This document shows, in pieces, positions 56,177 through 64,000 of a stretch of 64,000 bases of DNA; position 1 is the stretch's first letter, and every line of letters starts with the position of its first letter. Under the pieces are notes generated by a model, which had not been told where the DNA came from, did no database searches, and saw only the letters and a list, made by a program, of their open reading frames with translations. Origin of the DNA: Planctomycetota bacterium (GTDB taxonomy: Bacteria > Planctomycetota > UBA8108 > UBA1146); assembly GCA_014240375.1 (NCBI GenBank), contig JAAZXB010000005.1, positions 64,297-128,296 on the forward strand. Direction: 5' to 3'. Made by a program: the position numbers and the translations under genes.

Positions 56177-58953
56177 CCTTGCTCCTCCTCATCGGAGGAG
56201 AGGATGCCATCGAGTCGAGCGGCTGATTCGACCACGACTCCGGCCAGAGCTCTTTGCCAGGGGGTCTTCAGTACCGTGAGAGGATCCAGACACCCGGTCA
56301 GGATGCCACGGATCGCCTCGCAGGTTCGCTGGTAGGCTTGTGAATAATCATCCTCATGCCAGCGGGCGATCTCGATTCGGGTCTGAGCGGGTTTCGCGGG
56401 CAACAGAAAAAATCCCACCTCTGCTTCGGAAGAAACTTGTCGTCCGTCGATCTCCAACTGGTGGGCAAAGTGCCGATAGAGCGGAAGTTGCAGACGTACC
56501 CAGATTTTCTCGTCTTTCGACCGACCCCTTCTGTGATCCTTTTCGGGAGGATGGCCGGTCTCGCCCGTCTTGTAATCGAGTAAGCGCCAGCGTTGTTCCT
56601 GCTCATGATAGTCGATGCGATCGATTCGACCGGACAGTCCGATGCTCCCCTCTGCCACCTCGATGCGGCACGTTGCCGGCAGGAGATCCACTTCAGCTGC
56701 GACCAACCGCCATCCGAGTGCGCGCTGGTGCGCCTGTACCGTAGCCCACGCATCGAGGCGAACTCGTGCCTGTTCCAGTTGTACCAGCACGGCGGAGTGG
56801 GCTGGATCTGCGATTCTCTCTCGCCGGTATCGATCGAGTAACTGGTACAGAGCGTCGCGGATCTGTCCCTCGTCCGAAAGATCTCGCAACTCACGATCGA
56901 GGCCGTATTGCTCCAGTACTTTGTGGATCAAATTGCCGAACGCGAGCGGATTGAGCTGGCGATCACGATCGTGGCAGTCATGAAGACGAAGGAGTTGATT
57001 CATCTGAAACAACACCGGGTCCTCGAGATAGTACGACAGAGATGTGATGGAGACCGAATCCGGTGGTGGCAAGGTCACTCCCTGCGGAGCACCCAGGGAT
57101 GCGGGACTGCTGGCGGGCGGGCTCGTCTCGGGCAGGTGGAAGCGATGGCGACGATTGCGATCGAGAAATTGCTCCAGTCGCGCGAGGCCATCGGGCCCTT
57201 GTAACAGCAGACGACTCGGCAGAAGTGGATTCCCATCGCCGTTTCTGGCGCAGATGGCAATCACCGTCTTGCGCCGTGAATCGATCAGGGAGTGGAGGAT
57301 GTGTGCATCCCTGGCGTTGCGATGCGCCGGCCCCGCCATTCCCAGTTGTTCTCGGACCCCATGGGGGAGCAACGGATCTCCGGTTGGGGCCGGGGAGAGT
57401 TGTCCCTCTGTGGCACCGGTCAGTAGCAGCAGCGGCGCGGAATCGAAGGGAAGCTCGAGCCAGCCCAGCACACCGATGGCACGGTTTCCATGTCGGTCAG
57501 GGATCGGAGAGTCATCCAGCAGGTCGATGATCAATGAGATGGTGTCGACGCTGGAGAGCGGTTGTAGGTTGCGATCTTCGATCTGCATCACTTTCTGCAC
57601 CGCTGAGATCAGCCCGTCGAGACCTGATTGCGGCAAGAGAGGTTGCTGCCAATCGTCGCCCCCGACCAGGGCAGTGATCGCATCGAGCAGTGGCTGGACC
57701 CGATCGCCGCGAGTGCTGGGTACTTCTCTGAGCGGTTCGATGGCACTTCGAATGAACTGCACCGCATCCGGGGCGAGGGGGTCGGTTGCCAGCACCGGCT
57801 GCCGAGCGGTGGCCCAGCGGTCGATCGTTTCAAGCGGATCGAGTTCCCGACCGTGTCGATCTGTTGCTCGCGGTAAACGAGGATGGATCGCAGGATGTCG
57901 GGCCAAGGCGGCGATCGAGTGGCTGGAAAAAGTCTCAAGTGCCTGTCGAAGATCTGCCAGCAAGCGTCCGCAAGAGGAGGCTGAATGCGGGGTTCCGCCG
58001 GCGATGTGGAGCGGAACCTGAGCGCGCCGAAACCCTTCCAGCAGCCAAGGCGACAGTTCCTGATCGACCAGGCCGATGGTGACTTCGTCACTGATCGAGG
58101 GACCAGAGTGTTGATCGATCTGCTGAAGCAACGAAGCGGCCAAGGAGCGCGGGTCATCCGCCACCATAAGGTCGATCGGTGCAGTAAACGGCAAATTCTC
58201 CCACTCTTCAGGGATGGGAATCCCGAACTCGTCATACAGGTGGGCACGATCCTGATCGGTATCGATCCATGCCTCTGCCCGGCAATACTGATCGAGCCAC
58301 TGTCGCATCTGGGCCGGAATTTCGAGGATTCCGATCAGGATGACCCGAGGCTGAGATGCCATCGGGGCGATGTGGAAGGTGCCAGTGTCAGTGCGGCCGG
58401 CCGCTCTCAAACGCGCAGAGCGAAGCGCCTCGATCTGTTCGACCGCTCGCAGTCTCAGCGCCGCATCCGGGTCGTGCTGTGAGGCGGCCTCTGCAGCGAT
58501 AGAGAGGGTCAAACCTTCTCGGCGAAGATCTGAACCGAGGCGCGAGAAGAGGCGTGCCAGCGGCAGCAGTGTCGTCGCTCCGAGGGATTTTGGGTCGATT
58601 CCGAGGGTCGTGAGAGTTTGCTCGGGGCAGCTGCGCAGGGCGTCGATCCAGGCGATTCGATCCTCGAGGACGCTGACGAAGGGCTGTTCGGGGCTGCAGA
58701 GCGCTTCCTCAAGGTGACCCGGAGTGGTGATGAGAGGGGGAAGAAGTCCGCGACCGCCGGCGTCTGCCTGCTCGACCAGTAATCGGCGTAAACGCCGCCC
58801 CGCCTGACGACCTGGCACCAGTACCACCAATTCCCGCAGGTCGAATGGAGGCGAGCGAGAGCCCTCGGGAGGCTCTCCATCGGCGAGAACCAGGATCTTC
58901 CTCGCCGAGGACTCGAGAAATCCACAGGTAGTGCCCAGGAAACTGCGGTCCAA
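56173..58953 (-). CDS. addB: AddB/RexB-like PD-(D/E)XK nuclease subunit (partner of the helicase, 4-nt overlap)
   Basis: 926 aa, no intact Walker A. C-terminal RecB-type nuclease motif GRIDRIDYH...WRLLDYKTGE. Gene order and overlap match addB-addA. Confidence 0.6.
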   Translation of the reverse strand: MDRSFLGTTCGFLESSARKILVLADGEPPEGSRSPPFDLRELVVLVPGRQAGRRLRRLLVEQADAGGRGLLPPLITTPGHLEEALCSPEQPFVSVLEDRIAWIDALRSCPEQTLTTLGIDPKSLGATTLLPLARLFSRLGSDLRREGLTLSIAAEAASQHDPDAALRLRAVEQIEALRSARLRAAGRTDTGTFHIAPMASQPRVILIGILEIPAQMRQWLDQYCRAEAWIDTDQDRAHLYDEFGIPIPEEWENLPFTAPIDLMVADDPRSLAASLLQQIDQHSGPSISDEVTIGLVDQELSPWLLEGFRRAQVPLHIAGGTPHSASSCGRLLADLRQALETFSSHSIAALARHPAIHPRLPRATDRHGRELDPLETIDRWATARQPVLATDPLAPDAVQFIRSAIEPLREVPSTRGDRVQPLLDAITALVGGDDWQQPLLPQSGLDGLISAVQKVMQIEDRNLQPLSSVDTISLIIDLLDDSPIPDRHGNRAIGVLGWLELPFDSAPLLLLTGATEGQLSPAPTGDPLLPHGVREQLGMAGPAHRNARDAHILHSLIDSRRKTVIAICARNGDGNPLLPSRLLLQGPDGLARLEQFLDRNRRHRFHLPETSPPASSPASLGAPQGVTLPPPDSVSITSLSYYLEDPVLFQMNQLLRLHDCHDRDRQLNPLAFGNLIHKVLEQYGLDRELRDLSDEGQIRDALYQLLDRYRRERIADPAHSAVLVQLEQARVRLDAWATVQAHQRALGWRLVAAEVDLLPATCRIEVAEGSIGLSGRIDRIDYHEQEQRWRLLDYKTGETGHPPEKDHRRGRSKDEKIWVRLQLPLYRHFAHQLEIDGRQVSSEAEVGFFLLPAKPAQTRIEIARWHEDDYSQAYQRTCEAIRGILTGCLDPLTVLKTPWQRALAGVVVESAARLDGILSSDEEEQG

Positions 58954-59129
58954 GGATGAATCCTTCCAATTCGTTGCCTAACTCAGGGGGAAATCGTGAT
59001 CCCCCCTGATCTTCTACGATGCATTCAAGGTGATCCTGACAACTCGAAGTAAAGGTGAGGTCTGAAGAGATCTCAGTCAACCTATGGAGGAGGATGGCCT
59101 GAGGGTGCCGGGGAAGGTAGATTCTAACA

Positions 59130-60656
59130 ATGGAATCTCAAGATTCGCCCTCCTATGGCTTCGTCATCGATAATCGCCGCTGTATCGGCTGTCACGCATG
59201 CACCGTTGCCTGCAAGACCGAGCATTCCGATCCGGTCGGGGTCAACAAGACCTGGGTTCAGTACCTCGAGAAAGGGGTTCATCCCCGGGCCGAGCGATCC
59301 TTCCACGTCTTGCGCTGCAATCACTGCACCGATGCTCCTTGCGTCGAGATGTGTCCCACTGCCAGCTTGACGGTGCGGAAAGATGCCATCGTCGATTTCG
59401 ATTCTAGCCGCTGCATCGGTTGTAAGGCGTGCATGCAAGCATGTCCTTATGATGCCATCGATATCCATCCCGAGACGGGAACTGCGACCAAGTGCAATTA
59501 TTGTTCTCACCGTGTGGATGCAGGACGCGAGCCGGCGTGTGCCGTGGTCTGTCCGACCAATGCCATCATCACAGGAGACCTGTCCGATTCAGGGAGTCGG
59601 ATCGCGACTCTGGTGGCGGGGGAGCCGACGATGGTCCGCAAACCGGAGAAGGGCACCGGCCCCAAGGTGTTCTACATCGAGGGCCATCGTGAAGCACTGG
59701 ATCCACTCGCGAGCCAACGAAGCATTCGAACCTTGTGGGGGACCAGACCCCGTGATGGAACCGATCCACCCGCAGGACTGGAGCCCGCACTGGAGCGGGG
59801 AGCTCCCCATCGAACCTATGACATCCAGCAGCGTCACTCTCTCAGCTGGGGATGGAAGGTGAGTGCCTATCTGTGGACCAAGTCGGTGGCTGCCGGTGTG
59901 TTGATGGTGCCTGCGATGCTGGCACCGTTTGAGCGTCGATCACTGATCGACTCATCGATGGGTCTTGGCTGGAGCCTGGCGTTGATATTTCTGGCGATCA
60001 CCGGTGCGCTTCTCGTTGCAGATCTCAAGCGACCGGAGCGATTCCTGTGGGTGATGCTGCGTCCGCAATGGTCCTCCTGGCTGGTCCGAGGAGCCTACGG
60101 CATCACCTTTTTCGGTGGTGTGATCACCCTCGGGTGGTGGCGGAGTGATTCTTCCGACTCGACTCCTGGAATGGTGCTGCTGGCCCTGGCCGGTCTCAGT
60201 GGCACCTTCGTGGCCATCTATACCGGCTGGCTCTTTGGCCAGGCGAAAGGACGAGACCTGTGGCAGTCCGCCCTGTCGCCGATCCATCTCGGCTTCCAGG
60301 CGCTGGTGGCGGGCTCGGCGATGCTCTTGCTGATTCGCCCCGAGGAACTGAGTGACTTGCGAGGAGTGCTGGCCATCGCGATCACCATCGAACTCCCCTT
60401 CATCCTGCTCGAGGTCTTCGGTAAACACTCGACGGAAGCGGCACGCCTTGCGGCACGGTCGATGACTCTGGGAGTGCGAGGAATCTGGCTTCACATCGGA
60501 GCCATCGGTGCAGGAAGGATCCTGCCGATGGTGTTGTTGTGGGGAATGCCTGGGGGAGAATGGACCTTCCGATGCGCTGCACTGCTGGCGCTGGCAGGGA
60601 TCGCCATCTGGGAGCATCTCTGGGTAGAGGCGCCACAGCGCCTTCCACTGGCCTGA
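59130..60656 (+). CDS. Fused 4x[4Fe-4S] ferredoxin-like (PsrB/TtrB/NrfC-type) and NrfD/PsrC-like membrane anchor subunit of a CISM-type oxidoreductase
   Basis: N-terminal about 200 aa with four Cys clusters (CIGCHACTVAC, CNHCTDAPCVEMCP, CIGCKACMQACP, CNYCSHRVDAGREPACAVVCP). C-terminal about 280 aa with 8 predicted TM helices. Confidence 0.75.
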   Translation: MESQDSPSYGFVIDNRRCIGCHACTVACKTEHSDPVGVNKTWVQYLEKGVHPRAERSFHVLRCNHCTDAPCVEMCPTASLTVRKDAIVDFDSSRCIGCKACMQACPYDAIDIHPETGTATKCNYCSHRVDAGREPACAVVCPTNAIITGDLSDSGSRIATLVAGEPTMVRKPEKGTGPKVFYIEGHREALDPLASQRSIRTLWGTRPRDGTDPPAGLEPALERGAPHRTYDIQQRHSLSWGWKVSAYLWTKSVAAGVLMVPAMLAPFERRSLIDSSMGLGWSLALIFLAITGALLVADLKRPERFLWVMLRPQWSSWLVRGAYGITFFGGVITLGWWRSDSSDSTPGMVLLALAGLSGTFVAIYTGWLFGQAKGRDLWQSALSPIHLGFQALVAGSAMLLLIRPEELSDLRGVLAIAITIELPFILLEVFGKHSTEAARLAARSMTLGVRGIWLHIGAIGAGRILPMVLLWGMPGGEWTFRCAALLALAGIAIWEHLWVEAPQRLPLA

Positions 60657-60664
60657 GGAGAATT

Positions 60665-63514
60665 ATGTCGTCGAAGCCAAGTTGGATTGAAAAGATGGCC
60701 TCCCGGATGGGATTGGTTCCGGGGGAGACCGTCAAACCTGAGCCGTCCCCCTATGGAGATGACCTGCGGAACTACCCACCCTTTGAAAAATGGCTCGAGG
60801 TGGAGGAGCAGGATTCTGCGCGTCGTACTCGCAAGATGGCGATGATTCCCACCACCTGCTTCAACTGTGAAGCGGGTTGCGGGTTGCTGGCCGCCATCGA
60901 TGTGGATCAGCAAGAGATCGTCCGGATCGAGGGGAATCCGCTGCATCCGGGAAGCCGCGGTCGTAACTGCGCCAAGGGTCCTGCAACCCTCAATCAAGTG
61001 AATGACCCCGAGCGAATTCTACAACCGATGGCAAGAAAAGGGCCGCGAGGAGAAGGTGGATTCGAGCCCATCTCCTGGGATGAGGCGCTCGATACCATCG
61101 CCCTGAAGATTCGCGGGTTGTTGCAGCAGCAGCGTCACGATGAAGTGATGTACCACGTCGGTCGGCCCGGTCATGAAGGATCGATGGAACGAGTGCTGCA
61201 GGCGTGGGGAGTCGATGGCCACAACAGCCACACGACAGTCTGCTCCGCCTCGGCACGCTGTGGCTATCAGATGGCCTGGGGCTATGATCGTCCCGCTCCT
61301 GATCATGAAAACGCTCAACTGATCTTCTTGATCAGTGCCCACCTGGAATCGGGTCACTACTTCAATCCTCATGCTCAAAGAATCATCGAGGCGAAGGAGC
61401 GTGGAGCGAGGATCGTGGTGATGGATCCACGCCTTTCCAACACCGCATCTCGTGCCGACCTGTGGCTACCGACACGGCCGGGAACCGAGGGGGGAGTGAT
61501 CCTGGCAGCGTTGAGACTGCTGATCCGGGATCGAAAGATCGACCTTGAATTTGTCGAGAACTGGATCGATTGGCGCGGCTACTTGAAAGAACTGCATCCG
61601 ACCGACCCCAGTTCGGTGGAACAATTCCTCGACCGATTTACCGAACACCTCGATTCGTGGACTCCCGAAGAGGCGGACCAGCAGGCGGGTCTGGAGCCTG
61701 GAAGTGTTGTAGCGCTGGCACGAGAAATCGAGCGAGCCGGTCCGAGGATGGCTTCCCATATCTGGAGAAGTGCGGCGAGTGGTAATCTGGGAGGATGGCA
61801 GATCGCGCGATCGCTGGCGCTATTGACTGCATTCACCGGAGCTCTGGGTCAGGAGGGTGGAACTTCCCCTGCCGGGTGGAACAAATTGAAACCCGATTTC
61901 TTCTCGATGCCTGACCATGGCGACCGCTGGAATGAATTGATCTGGCCTCGTCAGTACCCGACATCCTTTTATGAGATGAGCCATCTCTTGCCACACCTGG
62001 TCGAGGATGGTGTGGGAAAGATCGGTGTGTATTTCACCCGGGTGTTCAATCCCGTCTGGACTTTTCCCGATGGAATGTCCTGGATGAATATGTTGCGCGA
62101 TGAAGAGAAGGTCGGACTGCATATCGCCATGACGCCGACATGGAACGAGACTGCTCTGTTTGCAGATCTGGTCCTTCCGATGGGCCATTCGACCGAACGT
62201 CATGATATCCAGAGCCAGGAAACTCACTCGGGTCGTTGGGTTTCATTTCGTCAACCGGTCTTCCGGACTCTGGCGAGATTGCAGGGCAAGCCTACGGAAG
62301 ATACTCGTGGATTCAACCCCGGAGAGGTGTGGGAGGAAGACGAGTTCTGGATCGAACTCTCCTGGCGCATCGACCCCGATGGGGAACTGGGCATCCGGAA
62401 ACACTTCGAATCGCCCTATCGCCCTGGCGAAAAGGTGACCGTCGAGGAACAGTACAGATACATGTTCGAGAACGACATCCCAGGACTGCCAGAAAAGGCG
62501 GCTCAGATGGGGATGGACCCGTTCGAATACATGACCCGTGTGGGTGCCTTCGAACTGGACGAGAAAACCGTTCGTGTCCATGAGAAGCCGGTAGAAATCC
62601 CCGATGGGGCTGCAGTGATCGTCGATCCGATCACCTCGGTGGCGACTCTCGATGGCAAGAAGGTCGGTGTAGCGGTCGACGGGGCGATCCGCGCCGGCTT
62701 CCCCACCGCCAGCGGTCGCGTCGAGGTGTTCTCCCGCTTGCTACAGGAGTGGGGCTTCGAGGATATGGCGTTGCCAGGGGCTCCCCTCAGTCATGTCGCG
62801 CCCGAATTGCTGGATCCTGACAACGGGATCTTCGTGCTGCTACCAACCTTTCGGTTGCCGACGATGATTCACTCCCGCTCCGCCAATTCGAAGCATCTGA
62901 TGGAAATCTCTCATGCCAACCCTGTGTGGATTCATCCCGATGATGCGAGCCAGCATCGAATCGAGGATGGACAGCTGGTGAAGATCGAGACCGAGATCGG
63001 CCACTTTATCAATCGAGCCCGAGTTACCGATGGGATGAGTCCAGGAGTGCTGGCGTGTTCCCATCACATGGGTCGCTGGAAGCTGGAGGATTCTCCAGGA
63101 TCCAACTGGGGCAGTTCGACGGTTCGATTCGAGAACCTCCCCGATGGACGGGTCCGGATGCGCCAGATCGAGGTCGAGAAACCTGTCGGGAACACCGATC
63201 CGGATGTCGATCGTAGCTGGTGGGAAGAGAAAGGTGTTCATCAGAACATGGCCTTCCCGGTACAGACCGATCCTGTCAGCGGCATGCATTGCTGGCACCA
63301 GAAGGTACGACTGGTCGCTGCCGATTCGACCGACCAGTATGGGGATGTGGTAGTGGATCAGACCAAATCCAGAGAAGCTCATCAAAGGTGGCTCTCACTG
63401 GCTCGCCCTGCGAGCCCGGAACTTCATGGCGGATTGCGTAGACCACGAGAATTGCCGCGCCCGCTCGCCAGGAACCCTCGTGCATACCTGTTTGAAAATG
63501 GTCGCAACGATTGA
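60665..63514 (+). CDS. Molybdopterin (bis-MGD) oxidoreductase catalytic subunit (MopB superfamily). No recognisable Tat signal.
   Basis: GAGGAG Shine-Dalgarno sequence then ATG at 60665. N-terminal FeS0 cluster CFNCEAGCGLLA...C. Molybdopterin-binding domains throughout. C-terminal MopB barrel (HPDDASQHRIEDGQLVKIETEIGHFINRARVTDGMSPGVLACSHH). TGA stop. Confidence 0.8.
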   Translation: MSSKPSWIEKMASRMGLVPGETVKPEPSPYGDDLRNYPPFEKWLEVEEQDSARRTRKMAMIPTTCFNCEAGCGLLAAIDVDQQEIVRIEGNPLHPGSRGRNCAKGPATLNQVNDPERILQPMARKGPRGEGGFEPISWDEALDTIALKIRGLLQQQRHDEVMYHVGRPGHEGSMERVLQAWGVDGHNSHTTVCSASARCGYQMAWGYDRPAPDHENAQLIFLISAHLESGHYFNPHAQRIIEAKERGARIVVMDPRLSNTASRADLWLPTRPGTEGGVILAALRLLIRDRKIDLEFVENWIDWRGYLKELHPTDPSSVEQFLDRFTEHLDSWTPEEADQQAGLEPGSVVALAREIERAGPRMASHIWRSAASGNLGGWQIARSLALLTAFTGALGQEGGTSPAGWNKLKPDFFSMPDHGDRWNELIWPRQYPTSFYEMSHLLPHLVEDGVGKIGVYFTRVFNPVWTFPDGMSWMNMLRDEEKVGLHIAMTPTWNETALFADLVLPMGHSTERHDIQSQETHSGRWVSFRQPVFRTLARLQGKPTEDTRGFNPGEVWEEDEFWIELSWRIDPDGELGIRKHFESPYRPGEKVTVEEQYRYMFENDIPGLPEKAAQMGMDPFEYMTRVGAFELDEKTVRVHEKPVEIPDGAAVIVDPITSVATLDGKKVGVAVDGAIRAGFPTASGRVEVFSRLLQEWGFEDMALPGAPLSHVAPELLDPDNGIFVLLPTFRLPTMIHSRSANSKHLMEISHANPVWIHPDDASQHRIEDGQLVKIETEIGHFINRARVTDGMSPGVLACSHHMGRWKLEDSPGSNWGSSTVRFENLPDGRVRMRQIEVEKPVGNTDPDVDRSWWEEKGVHQNMAFPVQTDPVSGMHCWHQKVRLVAADSTDQYGDVVVDQTKSREAHQRWLSLARPASPELHGGLRRPRELPRPLARNPRAYLFENGRND

Positions 63515-63567
63515 TCGCAACGATGGATCTCAACGATGGATCTCAACGATGGATCTCAACGATGGAT
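63502..63567. repeat. Five tandem copies of a 13-bp unit (CKCAACGATKGAT, e.g. CTCAACGATGGAT)
   Basis: Directly visible. Begins just inside the MopB gene 3' end, with most copies in the MopB-miaE intergenic region. Confidence 0.7.
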
Positions 63568-63616
63568 CGTGGCGGCGTGGATTTGACGGTGGTGGACACC
63601 TGCAGAACGGTCTCAT

Positions 63617-64000
63617 ATGAGTGCATTTCTTGAGGGACTCCCGCTGGTGGCAGCCACTGCGCCGCAATGGGTAGAAGTGGCCTGTGCTCACCTCGATGAG
63701 GTGCTGCAGGATCATGCGTGGTGTGAGTTCAAGGCCGCCAGCGCAGGTCTCGGGATGATCTCGAGGTTCCCCGACCAGTCGTTCCTGGTGAGACCGATGA
63801 TCGCTCTCGCTCAGGAGGAGATGCTGCACTTTCGCCAGGTCACGGATTTGTTGCAGGAGCGAGGAGTGGAGTTGGGTCCTCCGATCGCGGATCGATATGT
63901 TCGAGGACTGCGCCGAGTTTGTTGCACCAGAGTCAACGGTCTCGGTGAGGTCGGAGATCATCTGGTTCTCAATGCGTTCGTCGAGGCGAGAAGTTGCGAG
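63617..64000 (+). CDS. miaE: tRNA-(ms2io6A37)-hydroxylase MiaE-like ferritin-fold protein (N-terminal 128 codons, runs off the window)
   Basis: DHAWCEFKAASAGLGMISRFPDQ and AQEEMLHFRQV resemble the MiaE di-iron motifs (DHxxCExKAA...YP... and REExxHFxQV). Open to the window end. Confidence 0.5.
   Translation, partial: MSAFLEGLPLVAATAPQWVEVACAHLDEVLQDHAWCEFKAASAGLGMISRFPDQSFLVRPMIALAQEEMLHFRQVTDLLQERGVELGPPIADRYVRGLRRVCCTRVNGLGEVGDHLVLNAFVEARSCE

Noticed and set aside
58986-59009. Inverted repeat CAGGGGG-aaatcgtgat-CCCCCTG between addB and the FeS/NrfD gene
   Set aside because: No adjacent U-tract on either strand and no second copy. Could be a regulatory site but unsupported.
60665-60760. Searched the MopB N-terminus for a twin-arginine signal
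   Set aside because: Only ARRTRKMAM is present, without the F-L-K consensus or a hydrophobic h-region. Not called as Tat.

Overview
GC-rich bacterial chromosomal segment. The gene content looks Planctomycetota-like: many signal-peptide proteins, paired dockerin-like C-terminal modules and FG-GAP/Cys-Asp repeat proteins. Coding density is high on both strands.

Housekeeping genes I can support:
- an EF-G paralog (fusA-like) without the usual rpsL/rpsG/tuf neighbours
- type-2 isoleucyl-tRNA synthetase (ileS)
- an MraY-like GT4 transferase
- pdxS/pdxT
- a SUI1/YciH factor
- a KAS-like condensing enzyme
- an AddAB-like helicase-nuclease pair
- an ABC-2 permease/ATPase pair
- a partial MiaE at the right edge

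Accessory and unusual content:
1. Three thioredoxin-fold (TlpA-like) genes carry an in-frame TGA exactly at the first Cys of the CxxC motif (UxxC), each followed by a hairpin. These are strong selenoprotein candidates. They sit among Cys, Thr and Ser variants of the same fold elsewhere in the window. A fourth in-frame TGA lies in a SAM-methyltransferase.
2. Eight consecutive, translationally coupled amidohydrolase-fold genes (nine modules). Only one retains the HxH metal motif.
3. A dispersed iron module: feoB plus an FeoB-associated Cys-rich peptide, a distant repeat-bearing feoA, and DtxR/MntR plus a ferritin-like gene. A shared GTTTGG-N4-CCAAAC palindrome lies in both promoters.
4. A complex iron-sulfur molybdoenzyme (CISM)-type oxidoreductase with a fused FeS/NrfD-like subunit and a Tat-less catalytic subunit.
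5. A thioredoxin lipoprotein adjacent to a polyferredoxin membrane protein.
6. Pervasive 15-bp (and 13/18-bp) tandem repeats, both intergenic and in-frame inside genes.

No rRNA, tRNA, CRISPR array or obvious transposase was recognised.
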